A stretch of DNA of 64,000 nt from Oscillospiraceae bacterium (GCA_031261745.1 JAISJC010000083.1:22772-86771); one strand, 5' to 3'; counted from the stretch's first letter, positions 52,106 to 61,723 are shown. Numbers and translations: made by a program. Notes: a model not told the origin generated them from the sequence alone.

Positions 52106-52705
52106 ATGTCACTGTTTCCACCGTCACTCGAAAATTTAATCGAAAAATTTGCCTCCCTGCCGGGCGTCGGAACGAAGTCCGCGCAACGGCTCGCGTTTCA
52201 CGTTCTCGCCCTGCCCGATGGCGAGGCGGAGGCGTTCGCGGAGGCGATTCTTGACGCGCGACGGTCCGTTCACCGCTGCGCGATATGCCAGAATTTGACG
52301 GACGAGGATATCTGCCCCATATGCGAAAGCCCGCGCCGCGAGAAGAAAATCGTCTGCGTCGTCGCCGACCCCAAGGGCGTACTCGCAATTGAGCGCGCGC
52401 GCGAATACAACGGCGTTTTCCACGTCCTGCACGGCGTAATTTCGCCGATGAACCGCGTCGGACCCGACGATTTGCGGATTCGCGAACTGGTCGAGCGCGT
52501 CGCCGAGGGCGGGATTGAAGAGGTCATTATGGCGACGAACCCCGACACGGAGGGCGAAACGACCGCGCGGTATATCTCGCGCCTGCTCGCGCCGTTCGGC
52601 GTGAAAATCACGCGCCTCGCCTATGGAATCCCCGTCGGGTCGAGCCTCGAATTCGCCGACGACGCAACGCTCACAAGGGCGTTGGAGGGGCGGCTGGAGT
52701 ATTAA
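52106..52705 (+). CDS. recR: Recombination protein RecR
   Basis: 199 aa with LPGVGTKSAQRLAF, zinc finger CAICQNLTDEDICPIC, and a Toprim region. Confidence 0.95.
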   Translation: MSLFPPSLENLIEKFASLPGVGTKSAQRLAFHVLALPDGEAEAFAEAILDARRSVHRCAICQNLTDEDICPICESPRREKKIVCVVADPKGVLAIERAREYNGVFHVLHGVISPMNRVGPDDLRIRELVERVAEGGIEEVIMATNPDTEGETTARYISRLLAPFGVKITRLAYGIPVGSSLEFADDATLTRALEGRLEY

Positions 52706-52711
52706 ACGGCG

Positions 52712-53014
52712 TTACTGCTCACCGTTTCTGTTCTTTTCAAAGTAGTTCAGCAAGCCCATCAGCAGCATTTTTTCATCGTCCGCCAGCTCGCTGATGTCAA
52801 TTTGAAGTGTCGCGTTAAGTCCGAAGATATAGTCCGTCGTCGTGCCGAAGAGCTTTGCGAGCGCGACGATATATTGCGTTGACGGCACCGAAATGCCGAG
52901 TTCCCAAGCGTTAATTGCCGAGCGCGTAATGCCGAGCCGCCGCGCCAAATCACTTTGCGTCATTGCTTTTTGCTGGCGCAATATTTTTATTCTGTCCGCT
53001 ATCATTTTCATCAC
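52712..53014 (-). CDS. XRE-family transcriptional regulator
   Basis: HTH segment MTQSDLARRLGITRSAINAWE. The most likely start is ATG 53005, after SD AGGTGA. Confidence 0.8.
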   Translation of the reverse strand: MMKMIADRIKILRQQKAMTQSDLARRLGITRSAINAWELGISVPSTQYIVALAKLFGTTTDYIFGLNATLQIDISELADDEKMLLMGLLNYFEKNRNGEQ

Positions 53015-53019
53015 CTAAG

Positions 53020-53067
53020 ATGATATTAGTTTAACCGCTATGATATTGCATTATCATCAATGATATT
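53020..53067. promoter_or_regulatory. Three perfect ATGATATT repeats spaced exactly 20 bp apart (operator-like)
   Basis: Copies at 53020, 53040 and 53060, plus a related GCGATATT at 53082 inside the promoter spacer. Confidence 0.55.
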
Positions 53068-53072
53068 TTCTG

Positions 53073-53101
53073 TTGACAGAAGCGATATTACGCTGTATAA
53101 T
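53073..53101 (+). promoter_or_regulatory. Perfect consensus promoter TTGACA-17-TATAAT
   Basis: TTGACA at 53073-53078 and TATAAT at 53096-53101, upstream of the Cys-rich ORF. Confidence 0.65.
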
Positions 53102-53139
53102 AGAAACGTCAAGTCAGGTTGAACAGCAAAGGGATAATT

Positions 53140-53439
53140 ATGGACACAAAGTTGTTAAAAGCGTTATACATAATTGCAAAAATTGCAAAACCGGGAAAAG
53201 TTGCCATTCAATGCTTAGATATGGGCGAAGATGTCGGCAACAAGATTCCGAACAGCGTAAAGGAACGCAAGCTTTACAAAACGTGCCTAAAAAACGAAAA
53301 CAAAAGCGGCGGTGCCGCAAGTCTGGGTTCGTGCAACGGGAGATATACATCCGACGATGGCTACATATTGACAGATAAATGCAAGGGATGTCCTTACTGC
53401 GAGGACATAAGAGGGAGGATGCGTAATGGCGGACATTAA
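53140..53439 (+). CDS. Small Lys/Cys-rich hypothetical protein
   Basis: ATG 53140 preceded by SD AAGGGA; 99 aa with a C-terminal CKGCPYCED. Confidence 0.5.
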   Translation: MDTKLLKALYIIAKIAKPGKVAIQCLDMGEDVGNKIPNSVKERKLYKTCLKNENKSGGAASLGSCNGRYTSDDGYILTDKCKGCPYCEDIRGRMRNGGH

Positions 53440-54181
53440 CTTTGAAATGGTGTTAAAATCGGCGTCGGGCTTACCGCTCGTAAAAATCGACAGGGCAGAG
53501 TTTCTGCGAAAGGAACTCCGCAATCACTGCGCCGCCGATGTGGTGGACATTGCAATCGCACAATCCCCCGCGACAGCGGGTATCCCAGTAGAAACGATAA
53601 ACGCAATCGCCGACAAATGCGTGAATTTTGAAACGAACAAGGTTTCCGGCATATCGTTTGTCGCGGGCTTGCCCGGTGGCATCGCAATGCTCGGTACTAT
53701 CCCCGCGGATTTGGCGCAATTCACGGGTCACCAGCTCCGTATTGCACAAAAATTGGCGTACCTGTATGGTTGGGGTGACTTGTTCGGAAAAGATGGTATG
53801 GACGACGGAACGCAGGACATTATGACGCTGTTCCTCGGTGTAATGTTCGGGGTCAGCGGTGCGGCGGGAGCTATTCAGAAAATTGCTGCAAAAGCCGCCG
53901 CCGGTGCGGCAAAGAAGTTACCGCAGAAAGCACTTACAAAGGGAGTTATATATCCAATAGTTAAACAAGTTGCAAAACTATTAAGTCAAAGAATGACCAA
54001 AGATATTTTTGCGAAAGGCGTGAGCAAGGCAATACCCGTAGTCGGCGGCGTTCTGTCCGGCGGTCTGACATATGTCACGTTCAAACCGATGTCAAAAAAA
54101 TTGCAAAAGCATCTTCAAGCCCTGCCCCTCGCGACGGAACCGTATGCGGACAGTGCTGACGATGTTTTTGATATAGTTTGA
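53426..54181 (+). CDS. EcsC family protein
   Basis: 251 aa with an AGLPGGIAMLGTIPADLAQF...AQKLAYLYGW pattern. Confidence 0.65.
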   Translation: MADINFEMVLKSASGLPLVKIDRAEFLRKELRNHCAADVVDIAIAQSPATAGIPVETINAIADKCVNFETNKVSGISFVAGLPGGIAMLGTIPADLAQFTGHQLRIAQKLAYLYGWGDLFGKDGMDDGTQDIMTLFLGVMFGVSGAAGAIQKIAAKAAAGAAKKLPQKALTKGVIYPIVKQVAKLLSQRMTKDIFAKGVSKAIPVVGGVLSGGLTYVTFKPMSKKLQKHLQALPLATEPYADSADDVFDIV

Positions 54182-54201
54182 GCCAATAAATAGTAACCGC
54201 C

Positions 54202-54230
54202 CCCCGATTTTTATCGGGGGCTTCTTTTTC
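54202..54230 (+). terminator. Intrinsic terminator
   Basis: Stem CCCCCGAT / ATCGGGGG with loop TTTT, followed by CTTCTTTTT. Confidence 0.8.
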
Positions 54231-54241
54231 GTTATTCTCCC

Positions 54242-54270
54242 TTGAATTTCCGGCAAACATACTATATAAT
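54242..54270 (+). promoter_or_regulatory. Candidate ahcY promoter (TTGAAT-17-TATAAT)
   Basis: TTGAAT at 54242-54247 and TATAAT at 54265-54270. Confidence 0.55.
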
Positions 54271-54308
54271 GTCACCACTGACAAAAATTACCCGAAAGGA
54301 CCCACACA

Positions 54309-55565
54309 ATGTCCGACATTCGTAACCCCGCGCTCTATGAATCCGGCGAGCGGAAAATTCAATGGGCGGCGCGCAATATGCCGCTGCTCGCCGCAATCTC
54401 GGCGGAATTTGAGAAAACGCAGCCGTTTCGCGGCGTAAAAATCGCGCTCTCCGTGCATATGGAGGCGAAAACCGCGCAGCTCTGCCGCGTCCTCGCTCGC
54501 GGCGGCGCGGAGATGCACGTCACAGGCTGCAACCCGCTGTCCACGCAGGACGACGTTGCCGCCGCGCTCGCCCACGGCTCCGCGACCGACGCGCCGCTCG
54601 ACGTTTACGCGTACCACGCGGCGACGCCCGAAGAGTACGAGCGGCATCTGATTGCCGTGCTTGAAACCGCGCCGAATATCGTGATCGACGACGGCGGCGA
54701 CCTCGTGAACCTGCTGCACAGAAAGCTCACACACTTACTGCCGCAGGTGTTCGGCGGCTGCGAGGAAACGACGACAGGCGTAATGCGTCTGCACGCGATG
54801 GCCGCTGACGGCACGCTGAAATATCCCGTAATCGCGGTCAACAACGCGAAATGCAAGTACCTTTTCGACAACCGCTACGGCACCGGTCAGTCCGTCTGGG
54901 ACGGGATTAACCGCACGACGAACCTCATCGTCGCGGGCAAAATCGTCGTCGTCGCGGGCTACGGCTGGTGCGGCCGCGGCATCGCGCTCCGCGCCCGCGG
55001 TTTCGGCGCGCGTGTAATCGTCACGGAAATCGACCCCGTGCGCGCGCTTGAAGCGCGAATGGACGGCTACGACGTTGTGCCGATGACGGCCGCCGCGCCG
55101 CTCGGCGACATTTTCGTCACCGCGACCGGCTGCCGCGACGTGATCACCGTTGAGCATTTTGACCTGCTGAAAGACGGCGCGGTTCTCTGCAACGCGGGTC
55201 ACTTCAACGTCGAAATCGCTATGGACGTGTTAGAGGGTTACGCAGAGTCAAAATACGAGGCTCGGCAGAATATTGTCGGTTATAACCTTAAAAACGGTAA
55301 TACTATCTTCATTCTTGCCGAGGGTAGGCTGGTAAATTTGGCGTCCGGCGACGGCCACCCCGCCGAGATTATGGATATGTCGTTCGCGATTCAGGCGTTG
55401 TCCGCGCGATATCTGCTCGAAAACCGCGCCGATTTGACCGCCGGCGTCCACGACGTTCCGGAGGCAATCGACGAAAAAGTCGCGCGAATGAAGCTCGCCG
55501 CGTCGGGTCTCGCCATTGACGCGCTCACGCCGGAGCAGGAAAAATATCTGCACAGCTGGGCGTGA
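54309..55565 (+). CDS. ahcY: Adenosylhomocysteinase
   Basis: 418 aa with CNPLSTQDDVAAAL and the NAD-binding VVVAGYGWCGRG pattern. Confidence 0.95.
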   Translation: MSDIRNPALYESGERKIQWAARNMPLLAAISAEFEKTQPFRGVKIALSVHMEAKTAQLCRVLARGGAEMHVTGCNPLSTQDDVAAALAHGSATDAPLDVYAYHAATPEEYERHLIAVLETAPNIVIDDGGDLVNLLHRKLTHLLPQVFGGCEETTTGVMRLHAMAADGTLKYPVIAVNNAKCKYLFDNRYGTGQSVWDGINRTTNLIVAGKIVVVAGYGWCGRGIALRARGFGARVIVTEIDPVRALEARMDGYDVVPMTAAAPLGDIFVTATGCRDVITVEHFDLLKDGAVLCNAGHFNVEIAMDVLEGYAESKYEARQNIVGYNLKNGNTIFILAEGRLVNLASGDGHPAEIMDMSFAIQALSARYLLENRADLTAGVHDVPEAIDEKVARMKLAASGLAIDALTPEQEKYLHSWA

Positions 55566-55569
55566 TTTT

Positions 55570-55926
55570 ATGGAGACGATTTTCATCGCCGTTGCGGGTA
55601 CGGCTCTGCTCGCCGTCGTCATTGCGACCATCGTCCGTACGAGCCGCAAATCCGATGCGGATCCCGATGTAACGCAGGACGGCACTCCGAAAACGCCGGA
55701 GGCGGAGCGTGCGATGATTCGCGACGGTCTTATTCGCGCGTTTATTTCGATGTTTTTCACGTTTTTGCTTCTGCTGCTCGGAATTGTGACGCTTATCAGC
55801 AACAAGGAGCTGCTGTGCCTCATTCTTATCGCGCTCGGCGCGATCGGAACCGCGTACCAAATCCGCCTCGCCGTACTCGGTTTTCGCCGTCTCGAAGCAA
55901 TAAAGAGAGGTGAATCTGACGAATGA
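55570..55926 (+). CDS. Small membrane protein
   Basis: ATG 55570; 118 aa with three hydrophobic segments. Confidence 0.55.
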   Translation: METIFIAVAGTALLAVVIATIVRTSRKSDADPDVTQDGTPKTPEAERAMIRDGLIRAFISMFFTFLLLLLGIVTLISNKELLCLILIALGAIGTAYQIRLAVLGFRRLEAIKRGESDE

Positions 55927-56045
55927 GAAACCCTCACCGCACCGTATTTCGCCGAAGTTGAGGCGAGCGGCGGCGAGGATTGGTGGAACGTCTGGATAAC
56001 CTCCGACGAGTGGATAGCTTTATATGAAAAGGAGCACGGAATATC

Positions 56046-57155
56046 TTGAAGAAAATCACCCTCGTTTTCGGGACGCGCCCTGAGGCCATAAAAATGTGTC
56101 CGCTCGTGCTGGAATTGAAGTCCCGCCCGCGCGAATTTGACGTGTCCGTCGTCGTCACGGGACAGCACCGCGAGATGCTCGACTCCGTGTTGCAGGCGTT
56201 TCGCGTCGTGCCGGATATCGACCTGAATATTATGAGCGTGAGCCAGACGCTCTTTGACGTGACGCAGCGCGTCCTCGCCGAAATGCGGCGCGTGCTGACC
56301 GAAAACCGCCCCGACGTGCTGCTCGTCCACGGCGACACGACGACGGCGTTCGCGTCCGCGCTCGCGGCGTTTTACCTTGAAATTCCCGTCGGTCACGTCG
56401 AGGCCGGCCTGCGGACCTACGACATTCACGCGCCGTACCCTGAGGAATTCAACCGCGCCGCGATTGACGCGTCCGCCGAATACTTTTTCGCTCCGACGGC
56501 GGCGACGCGTGAAAACCTGCTGCGTGAGGGCAAGCCCGCAGAGCGGATTTTCGTCACCGGCAACACGGAGATTGACGCGCTCCGCTTCACCGTGCGCGGG
56601 GAATATTCCCACGCGGAGCTGGACTGGGCGGCGGATTCGCGCCTCGTCGTGATGACGGCTCACCGCCGCGAGAATTTGAAGAACGCCGCGAACCCGGAGG
56701 GCGCGATGCGTGGGATTTTCCGCGCGATTTTACGCGTCGTCAACGAACACCCCGACGTGAAAATCGTCTACCCCGTCCACCTCAACCCCGCCGTGCGCGA
56801 CGCGGCGGAGCTGCTGCAAAACCACCCGCGCATACACTTGATTGAGCCACTCGGCGTGCTGGATTTCCACAATTTCTTGGCGAAAGCGCACCTCGTCCTG
56901 ACCGACAGTGGCGGGATTCAGGAATCCGCGCCCGCGCTCGGTAAGCCCGTTCTCGTCCTGCGCGACACGACGGAACGCCCTGAGGGCTTGCAAGCCGGCA
57001 CCCTGCGCCTCGCCGGAACGGGCGAGGACGGCGTTTACGCGGAATTCACGCGCCTTCTCGACGACGAAAAACTGTACGCCGAGATGTCTGCCGCAAAAAA
57101 CCCTTACGGCGACGGCACGTCGGCGCGGCAAATAGCGGATATTCTCGCGAAATAG
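56046..57155 (+). CDS. wecB: UDP-N-acetylglucosamine 2-epimerase (non-hydrolysing)
   Basis: 369 aa from a TTG start. MKKITLVFGTRPEAIKM...HGDTTT...DSGGIQEE-like pattern. Confidence 0.9.
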   Translation: MKKITLVFGTRPEAIKMCPLVLELKSRPREFDVSVVVTGQHREMLDSVLQAFRVVPDIDLNIMSVSQTLFDVTQRVLAEMRRVLTENRPDVLLVHGDTTTAFASALAAFYLEIPVGHVEAGLRTYDIHAPYPEEFNRAAIDASAEYFFAPTAATRENLLREGKPAERIFVTGNTEIDALRFTVRGEYSHAELDWAADSRLVVMTAHRRENLKNAANPEGAMRGIFRAILRVVNEHPDVKIVYPVHLNPAVRDAAELLQNHPRIHLIEPLGVLDFHNFLAKAHLVLTDSGGIQESAPALGKPVLVLRDTTERPEGLQAGTLRLAGTGEDGVYAEFTRLLDDEKLYAEMSAAKNPYGDGTSARQIADILAK

Positions 57156-57193
57156 GCGCATAATAACCACACATCTTTAATGTGGAGGTTACT

Positions 57194-57475
57194 ATGAAAA
57201 CCAATTACAGACCCAAAAACGCGAACGGCGTCGCGAGCGAAAATGTCGCCGGCAACGGCGTTCTCGTCGGCCCCGACGGCTCCGGCTTCGCCGTTCCCGA
57301 TTGCTGTGCGGCCGTTGCCGCGCAGGATATGACAGGCTCCGTGCCGACGCCGATTATCAGCGAGGCCGACGCGCAGGCCTACGCGGCTCTTTCCGGCGTC
57401 CCCGTTGCCGACGTGAACAGGAACGTGGGAACGCCGCGCTCAAAACAGAGCGGTGCAAATTCAATCAATGATTGA
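57194..57475 (+). CDS. Hypothetical small protein
   Basis: ATG 57194 preceded by SD GGAGGT; 93 aa, Gly/Ala/Val-rich, with no obvious signal peptide. Confidence 0.45.
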   Translation: MKTNYRPKNANGVASENVAGNGVLVGPDGSGFAVPDCCAAVAAQDMTGSVPTPIISEADAQAYAALSGVPVADVNRNVGTPRSKQSGANSIND

Positions 57476-57521
57476 TATTGAAACAACTGATTGATTATTG
57501 CTTTCCGCGCGAAATAACATT

Positions 57522-57567
57522 ATACTGCAATCATCGGCCGAAATTTTTTGGGAGATGATTGCAGTAT
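57522..57567 (+). promoter_or_regulatory. Perfect 14-bp inverted repeat covering the SD and start codon of the XRE-TPR gene
   Basis: ATACTGCAATCATC (57522-57535) pairs with GATGATTGCAGTAT (57554-57567), with an 18-nt loop. Confidence 0.55.
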
Positions 57568-58396
57568 GTTTATTAAAATAGGTGAACGGATTAAGCAGCT
57601 CCGCCGAAAGCGCGACGTGACGCAGGAGCGGCTTGCGGAATACCTCGGCATTACGCCGCAGGCCGTTTCCCGCTGGGAATCCGAGCTTGCGTACCCCGAC
57701 ATTGAGCTTCTGCCCGCCGTCGCGGACTTCTTCGGCACGAGCGTTGACGAGCTGCTCGGCGTGGACGCGGGAAAACGCGAGGCGGAAATAAATTCGTATC
57801 ACACGCGTTCCCGCGCCCTGTGGGAGAGCGGGAAATACGGCGAAGCCGCCGCGCTGTTCCGCGAAGGCGTGAGCCGGTTTCCGAGCGACGACGGGCTGTG
57901 GAGCGAGCTTGCAAATTCGCTGTCCGCGTCGCAGAACGAGGAGGAGCTGCGCGAGGCCGTCACGATTTACGAGCGCGTGCTGTCGGACGGCAACCCCTCG
58001 CCGAAGCTCCGCGCGTCAATTCTCGGCAATTTATGCCTGCTGTACGCAAAAGTCGGTGAGCGCGAACGCGCGATAGACCTCGCGCGGACGCTGCCGCATA
58101 TTTATGAGAGCCGCGTGGCGACGCTGCCGCTTGTGCTTGACGGCGAGGAACGCGAAGCCGCGTTGAAGAGCGCGATTTTCAGTGCGGTTGACCTGCTGTG
58201 CGTGTCGATTTATTCGTTGGCAAGCGGCGATACGTTTGAAATCGGCCCCGACCCCGTGCATAAGGCTGAAACCGCTCAAAACAGAAATTGCAAAATGGCG
58301 GTCGAAGTGCGTGACGGCGACAAAAGCTATTCCTTTGACTTTGATTGGAGCAACAACCGGCGCAACGTCAGCATAATGAGCTTCTCGCCGTCATAA
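57566..58396 (+). CDS. XRE-HTH plus TPR-like repeat transcriptional regulator
   Basis: HTH segment VTQERLAEYLGITPQAVSRWE, followed by a helical-repeat region. Confidence 0.75.
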   Translation: MFIKIGERIKQLRRKRDVTQERLAEYLGITPQAVSRWESELAYPDIELLPAVADFFGTSVDELLGVDAGKREAEINSYHTRSRALWESGKYGEAAALFREGVSRFPSDDGLWSELANSLSASQNEEELREAVTIYERVLSDGNPSPKLRASILGNLCLLYAKVGERERAIDLARTLPHIYESRVATLPLVLDGEEREAALKSAIFSAVDLLCVSIYSLASGDTFEIGPDPVHKAETAQNRNCKMAVEVRDGDKSYSFDFDWSNNRRNVSIMSFSPS

Positions 58397-58462
58397 TCCC
58401 TGTCCGCTCCGCATACAATCACACATCACTGTCAATACGATTGCACGAGGAGTGGACAATTT

Positions 58463-60004
58463 ATGGAAATAACTCTCACACGCGAGAAGCTGAATTACGC
58501 CGAACGGATACAGAACGAAACGCGCCGCGCGGAGGAGAACACCGAGATGATAGTACCCGACGCGCTGCCGGATATTCTGCGTATTGTCGGCACGGACGCG
58601 GAGGTCACGGTGCGCTCCAAGGACCTTTCCAACGGCCGCGCAACGGTCAGCGGGAACGCCGCCGTCACCGTCGTCTACGCGCCGGACGGCGAAACCGGTC
58701 TGCGCCGCGTGAACCTCGACCTCCCCTTTTCCGTCGTCACGGAACACCCCGACATCAACCAGAACAGCCGCCTGACCGCGCGCGTGAGCCTCGACAGTGT
58801 TGACGCGAACGCCGTGAACCCACGCAAAATCGCGGCGAACGCCGCCGTCCGCGCGGAGCTTGCAGTCTACAACAACGCGGAGGTCGAAATCCCGACGGGC
58901 ATTGTGCCGAACGCCGACGCGGACATCGAGCTGCTCACGGACAATTCAGAGCTGTCGCTCGCGACCGACGTGCGTGAAAAGACGTTCACCGTCACCGATG
59001 AGTATCAAATTCCGGCGGCAAACCCGCCCATCGGCGAGCTGCTGCGCTCAAATATCGCGATTACGGCGGACGACACGAAGGTCGTCGGCACAAAGCTGAT
59101 TTTCAAGGGTACGGCGCACGTCAATCTGCTCTATTCGGGCGCGGGCGACGGCGAGATTGCCTCCAACGCGTTTGAAACGGAATTTTCGCAGATTCTCGAA
59201 CTGGAAAACGCGAACGCCGACAGCGAATTTGAGCTGATTCCCCTGCTCACGGGCGCGCTCGTCACGCCCGACAACACGAACGGCGCGGACGGTCGCCGCG
59301 TCGCGGCGGAGTTCCATATCGCGGCGCAGGCCGTCGCGCGCTCCAAGACGAAATTTTCGTTTATCGGCGACGCCTACGGCTCGCGCCACGCGCTTGAAAC
59401 CGAGAATTCGCAGCTGTCCTTTGAGAACAATCTCGGCACGCGCTCGGCTAACACGATTCTGCGCGGGACACTGGACGCGCCAGACCTCGCGCGCATAATC
59501 AGCGTTTCGGCGCGCCCCGGCGCGGTCGAGCATAAAACCGACAACAACGCCCTCTCGCTCAAATGCCCCGTGCGCGTGGACGCGCTCTACGTCGCGTCCG
59601 ACGGAACCGTGCGCCCCGCGTCCGGCGATTTCACGCTTGACGCGAGCATTCCGGAAGCGAACGCGAACAGCGGTTACAGCGTCCGCGCGGAAACCTCGCG
59701 CGACGTCTACGGCGTCGCCGCCGACGGCGGGATTGAGCTGCGTATTCCCGTCGATATCCGCGCCGAGGAAACGCGCCGCGGCTCTTATTCGCCGATTTCC
59801 GCGATTACGCTCGACGCGGACGCCCCGCTGAACCTGTCCAATCTGCCGTCGCTCGTCATCTCCCGCACGAACGCGAACGCGTCGCTCTGGGACCTTGCGA
59901 AGCGGCACCACTCCACGCGTGAGCTGATTTTGCAGGCCAATGGCCTCGACGATGAGGATGCCGCAAAGGGCGCAGAGAGCCTGATAATTCCCAAAAAAAG
60001 GTGA
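58463..60004 (+). CDS. DUF3794-repeat protein with C-terminal LysM domain (SpoVID/SipL-like sporulation protein)
   Basis: 513 aa. C-terminal SLWDLAKRHHSTRELILQANGL...LIIP is LysM-like. Confidence 0.6.
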   Translation: MEITLTREKLNYAERIQNETRRAEENTEMIVPDALPDILRIVGTDAEVTVRSKDLSNGRATVSGNAAVTVVYAPDGETGLRRVNLDLPFSVVTEHPDINQNSRLTARVSLDSVDANAVNPRKIAANAAVRAELAVYNNAEVEIPTGIVPNADADIELLTDNSELSLATDVREKTFTVTDEYQIPAANPPIGELLRSNIAITADDTKVVGTKLIFKGTAHVNLLYSGAGDGEIASNAFETEFSQILELENANADSEFELIPLLTGALVTPDNTNGADGRRVAAEFHIAAQAVARSKTKFSFIGDAYGSRHALETENSQLSFENNLGTRSANTILRGTLDAPDLARIISVSARPGAVEHKTDNNALSLKCPVRVDALYVASDGTVRPASGDFTLDASIPEANANSGYSVRAETSRDVYGVAADGGIELRIPVDIRAEETRRGSYSPISAITLDADAPLNLSNLPSLVISRTNANASLWDLAKRHHSTRELILQANGLDDEDAAKGAESLIIPKKR

Positions 60005-60006
60005 CA

Positions 60007-60035
60007 AAAATCCCCCGACTTTGTCGGGGGATTTT
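60007..60035. terminator. Bidirectional intrinsic terminator between convergent genes
   Basis: AAAATCCCCCGAC-TTT-GTCGGGGGATTTT. Confidence 0.85.
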
Positions 60036-60043
60036 AACCGTCC

Positions 60044-61723
60044 CTACATCTTTTCCTTCGCCGCGACGCCGACAATTCCGAGGCAATTCGCAAGCACGCT
60101 GCGCGTCAGCTCCGCGAGTTTCAGCCGCGCGGCGAGGATTTTTTCCGGCTCGCCCTTTATGCGGCAGGCGGTGTAGAATTTGTGGAAACGCGTCGCAAGC
60201 TCAATCACATACCTGTTCACGCGCGACGGGTCAAGCTCCCGCGCGGCGAGCGCAAGCTCGTCCGGCAGCGCGGCGAGGGTTTTTATCAGCTCGCGCTCCT
60301 GCTCCCCGTTCAGCACTGCGAGGTCAAGCTCAGCCGTCGGTTTTACCGCGTTTCCCTCGGCTGCGAGCGCGGCGAGCAGGCTGCAAATCCGCGCGTGGGC
60401 GTACTGGACGTAATACACGGGGTTCTCGGAATCCTGCCGCACGGCGAGTCCGAGGTCAAATTCGAGGTGGTTGTCCGGCTTCGCGTTGAACACAAAGCGG
60501 CACGCGTCAACACTCACCTCGTCGAGCAGGTCGTTGAGCGACATCGCGCGCCCCGTGCGCTTTGAGACCTTAATCGTTTCACCGTCTCGCGTCATCCGCA
60601 CCATCTGCATAATCAGAAAGTCGAGCTGCTTGCCTTTAAGACCGAGCGCGTCCGCGCCCATTGTCTGCTTGAACCGCACGGCGTGGCCGTGGTGGTCCGC
60701 GCCCCAGACGTCGATTACGCGGTCAAACCCGCGCACGACAAATTTATTGCGGTGGTAAGCGATATCGGACGCGTAGTAGGTAAAAAAGCCGTTGGAGCGC
60801 GTCAGAACCTCGTCCTTGTCCGCGCCCAGCTCAATGTTTTTCAGCCAGACCGCGCCGTCCTTTTCGTATGTCAGCCCCGCGTCCGTCAGCAGCTGCACCG
60901 TTTCCGCAACGTAGCCGCTCTCGTGCAGGCTGCTCTCGCGGAACCACTCGTCGTAGCGAATGCGGTACCGCTCCAAATCCACGCGCATTGCCGCGATGTT
61001 GCGCGGCAAGCCGTATGTGACGCAAATTTTCTCGCGCTCGTCCTCCGGCAGCGCGGCGAGCGACGGGCCGTATTCGTCCAAAATGAGCCGCGCGAGGTCC
61101 TTAATGTCCTCGCCGTGGTAGCCGTTTTCGGGGAATTCCACGGCGTCCTCACCGAGAACGAGCTGCATATACCGCGCGGAAATGGACTTGCCGAACAAAT
61201 CCACCTGGTTGCCCGCGTCATTGATATAAAACTCGCGCCAAACGTCGTATCCGACGCGCTCCAAAACGCTCGCCAGCGCGTCGCCGAGGACGCCGCCGCG
61301 CGCGTTGCCGATTGTCATCGGACCCGTCGGGTTCGCGGAAACAAACTCGACCATCACGCGCTCACGGCTACCGTCCGCCTTGCGCGCGAGATCCGACGTG
61401 CCGTAATTCACGCCCTCACTCTCAACGGCGCGGAGCGTCTCCGCGTACCATTTCGGCGCGAGGGTAAAGTTAATAAACCCCGGTCCCGCAATGCTAACCG
61501 CATCGAAAAACGAGCCGTCGAGGTTGATATTATCGACGAGCGTCTGCGCGATTTCGCGCGGGTTTTTGCCGAGCTTTTTTGCCGCCGCCATTGCGTGCGT
61601 CGCGGCAAAGTCGCCGTTTTTCGTGTCCTTCGGAATCTCAATGCTGCCGCTGAGCCTTTCGGGATACGCCGCGTCGATAAGCTCCTGTATCTGCAATTTC
61701 GCCTGTATAATTGTGTTTATCAT
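60044..61723 (-). CDS. argS: Arginine--tRNA ligase
   Basis: 559 aa. Contains the class I HIGH-type segment SANPTGPMTIGNARG and a C-terminal anticodon-binding region. Confidence 0.95.
   Translation of the reverse strand: MINTIIQAKLQIQELIDAAYPERLSGSIEIPKDTKNGDFAATHAMAAAKKLGKNPREIAQTLVDNINLDGSFFDAVSIAGPGFINFTLAPKWYAETLRAVESEGVNYGTSDLARKADGSRERVMVEFVSANPTGPMTIGNARGGVLGDALASVLERVGYDVWREFYINDAGNQVDLFGKSISARYMQLVLGEDAVEFPENGYHGEDIKDLARLILDEYGPSLAALPEDEREKICVTYGLPRNIAAMRVDLERYRIRYDEWFRESSLHESGYVAETVQLLTDAGLTYEKDGAVWLKNIELGADKDEVLTRSNGFFTYYASDIAYHRNKFVVRGFDRVIDVWGADHHGHAVRFKQTMGADALGLKGKQLDFLIMQMVRMTRDGETIKVSKRTGRAMSLNDLLDEVSVDACRFVFNAKPDNHLEFDLGLAVRQDSENPVYYVQYAHARICSLLAALAAEGNAVKPTAELDLAVLNGEQERELIKTLAALPDELALAARELDPSRVNRYVIELATRFHKFYTACRIKGEPEKILAARLKLAELTRSVLANCLGIVGVAAKEKM

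Noticed and set aside
55248-56663. 471-aa minus-strand ORF spanning ahcY 3', the membrane-protein gene and the epimerase gene
   Set aside because: It is antisense to three well-supported plus-strand genes. It is Arg/Val/Gly-rich, as expected for shadow ORFs in GC-rich DNA, and has no SD or recognisable motif.
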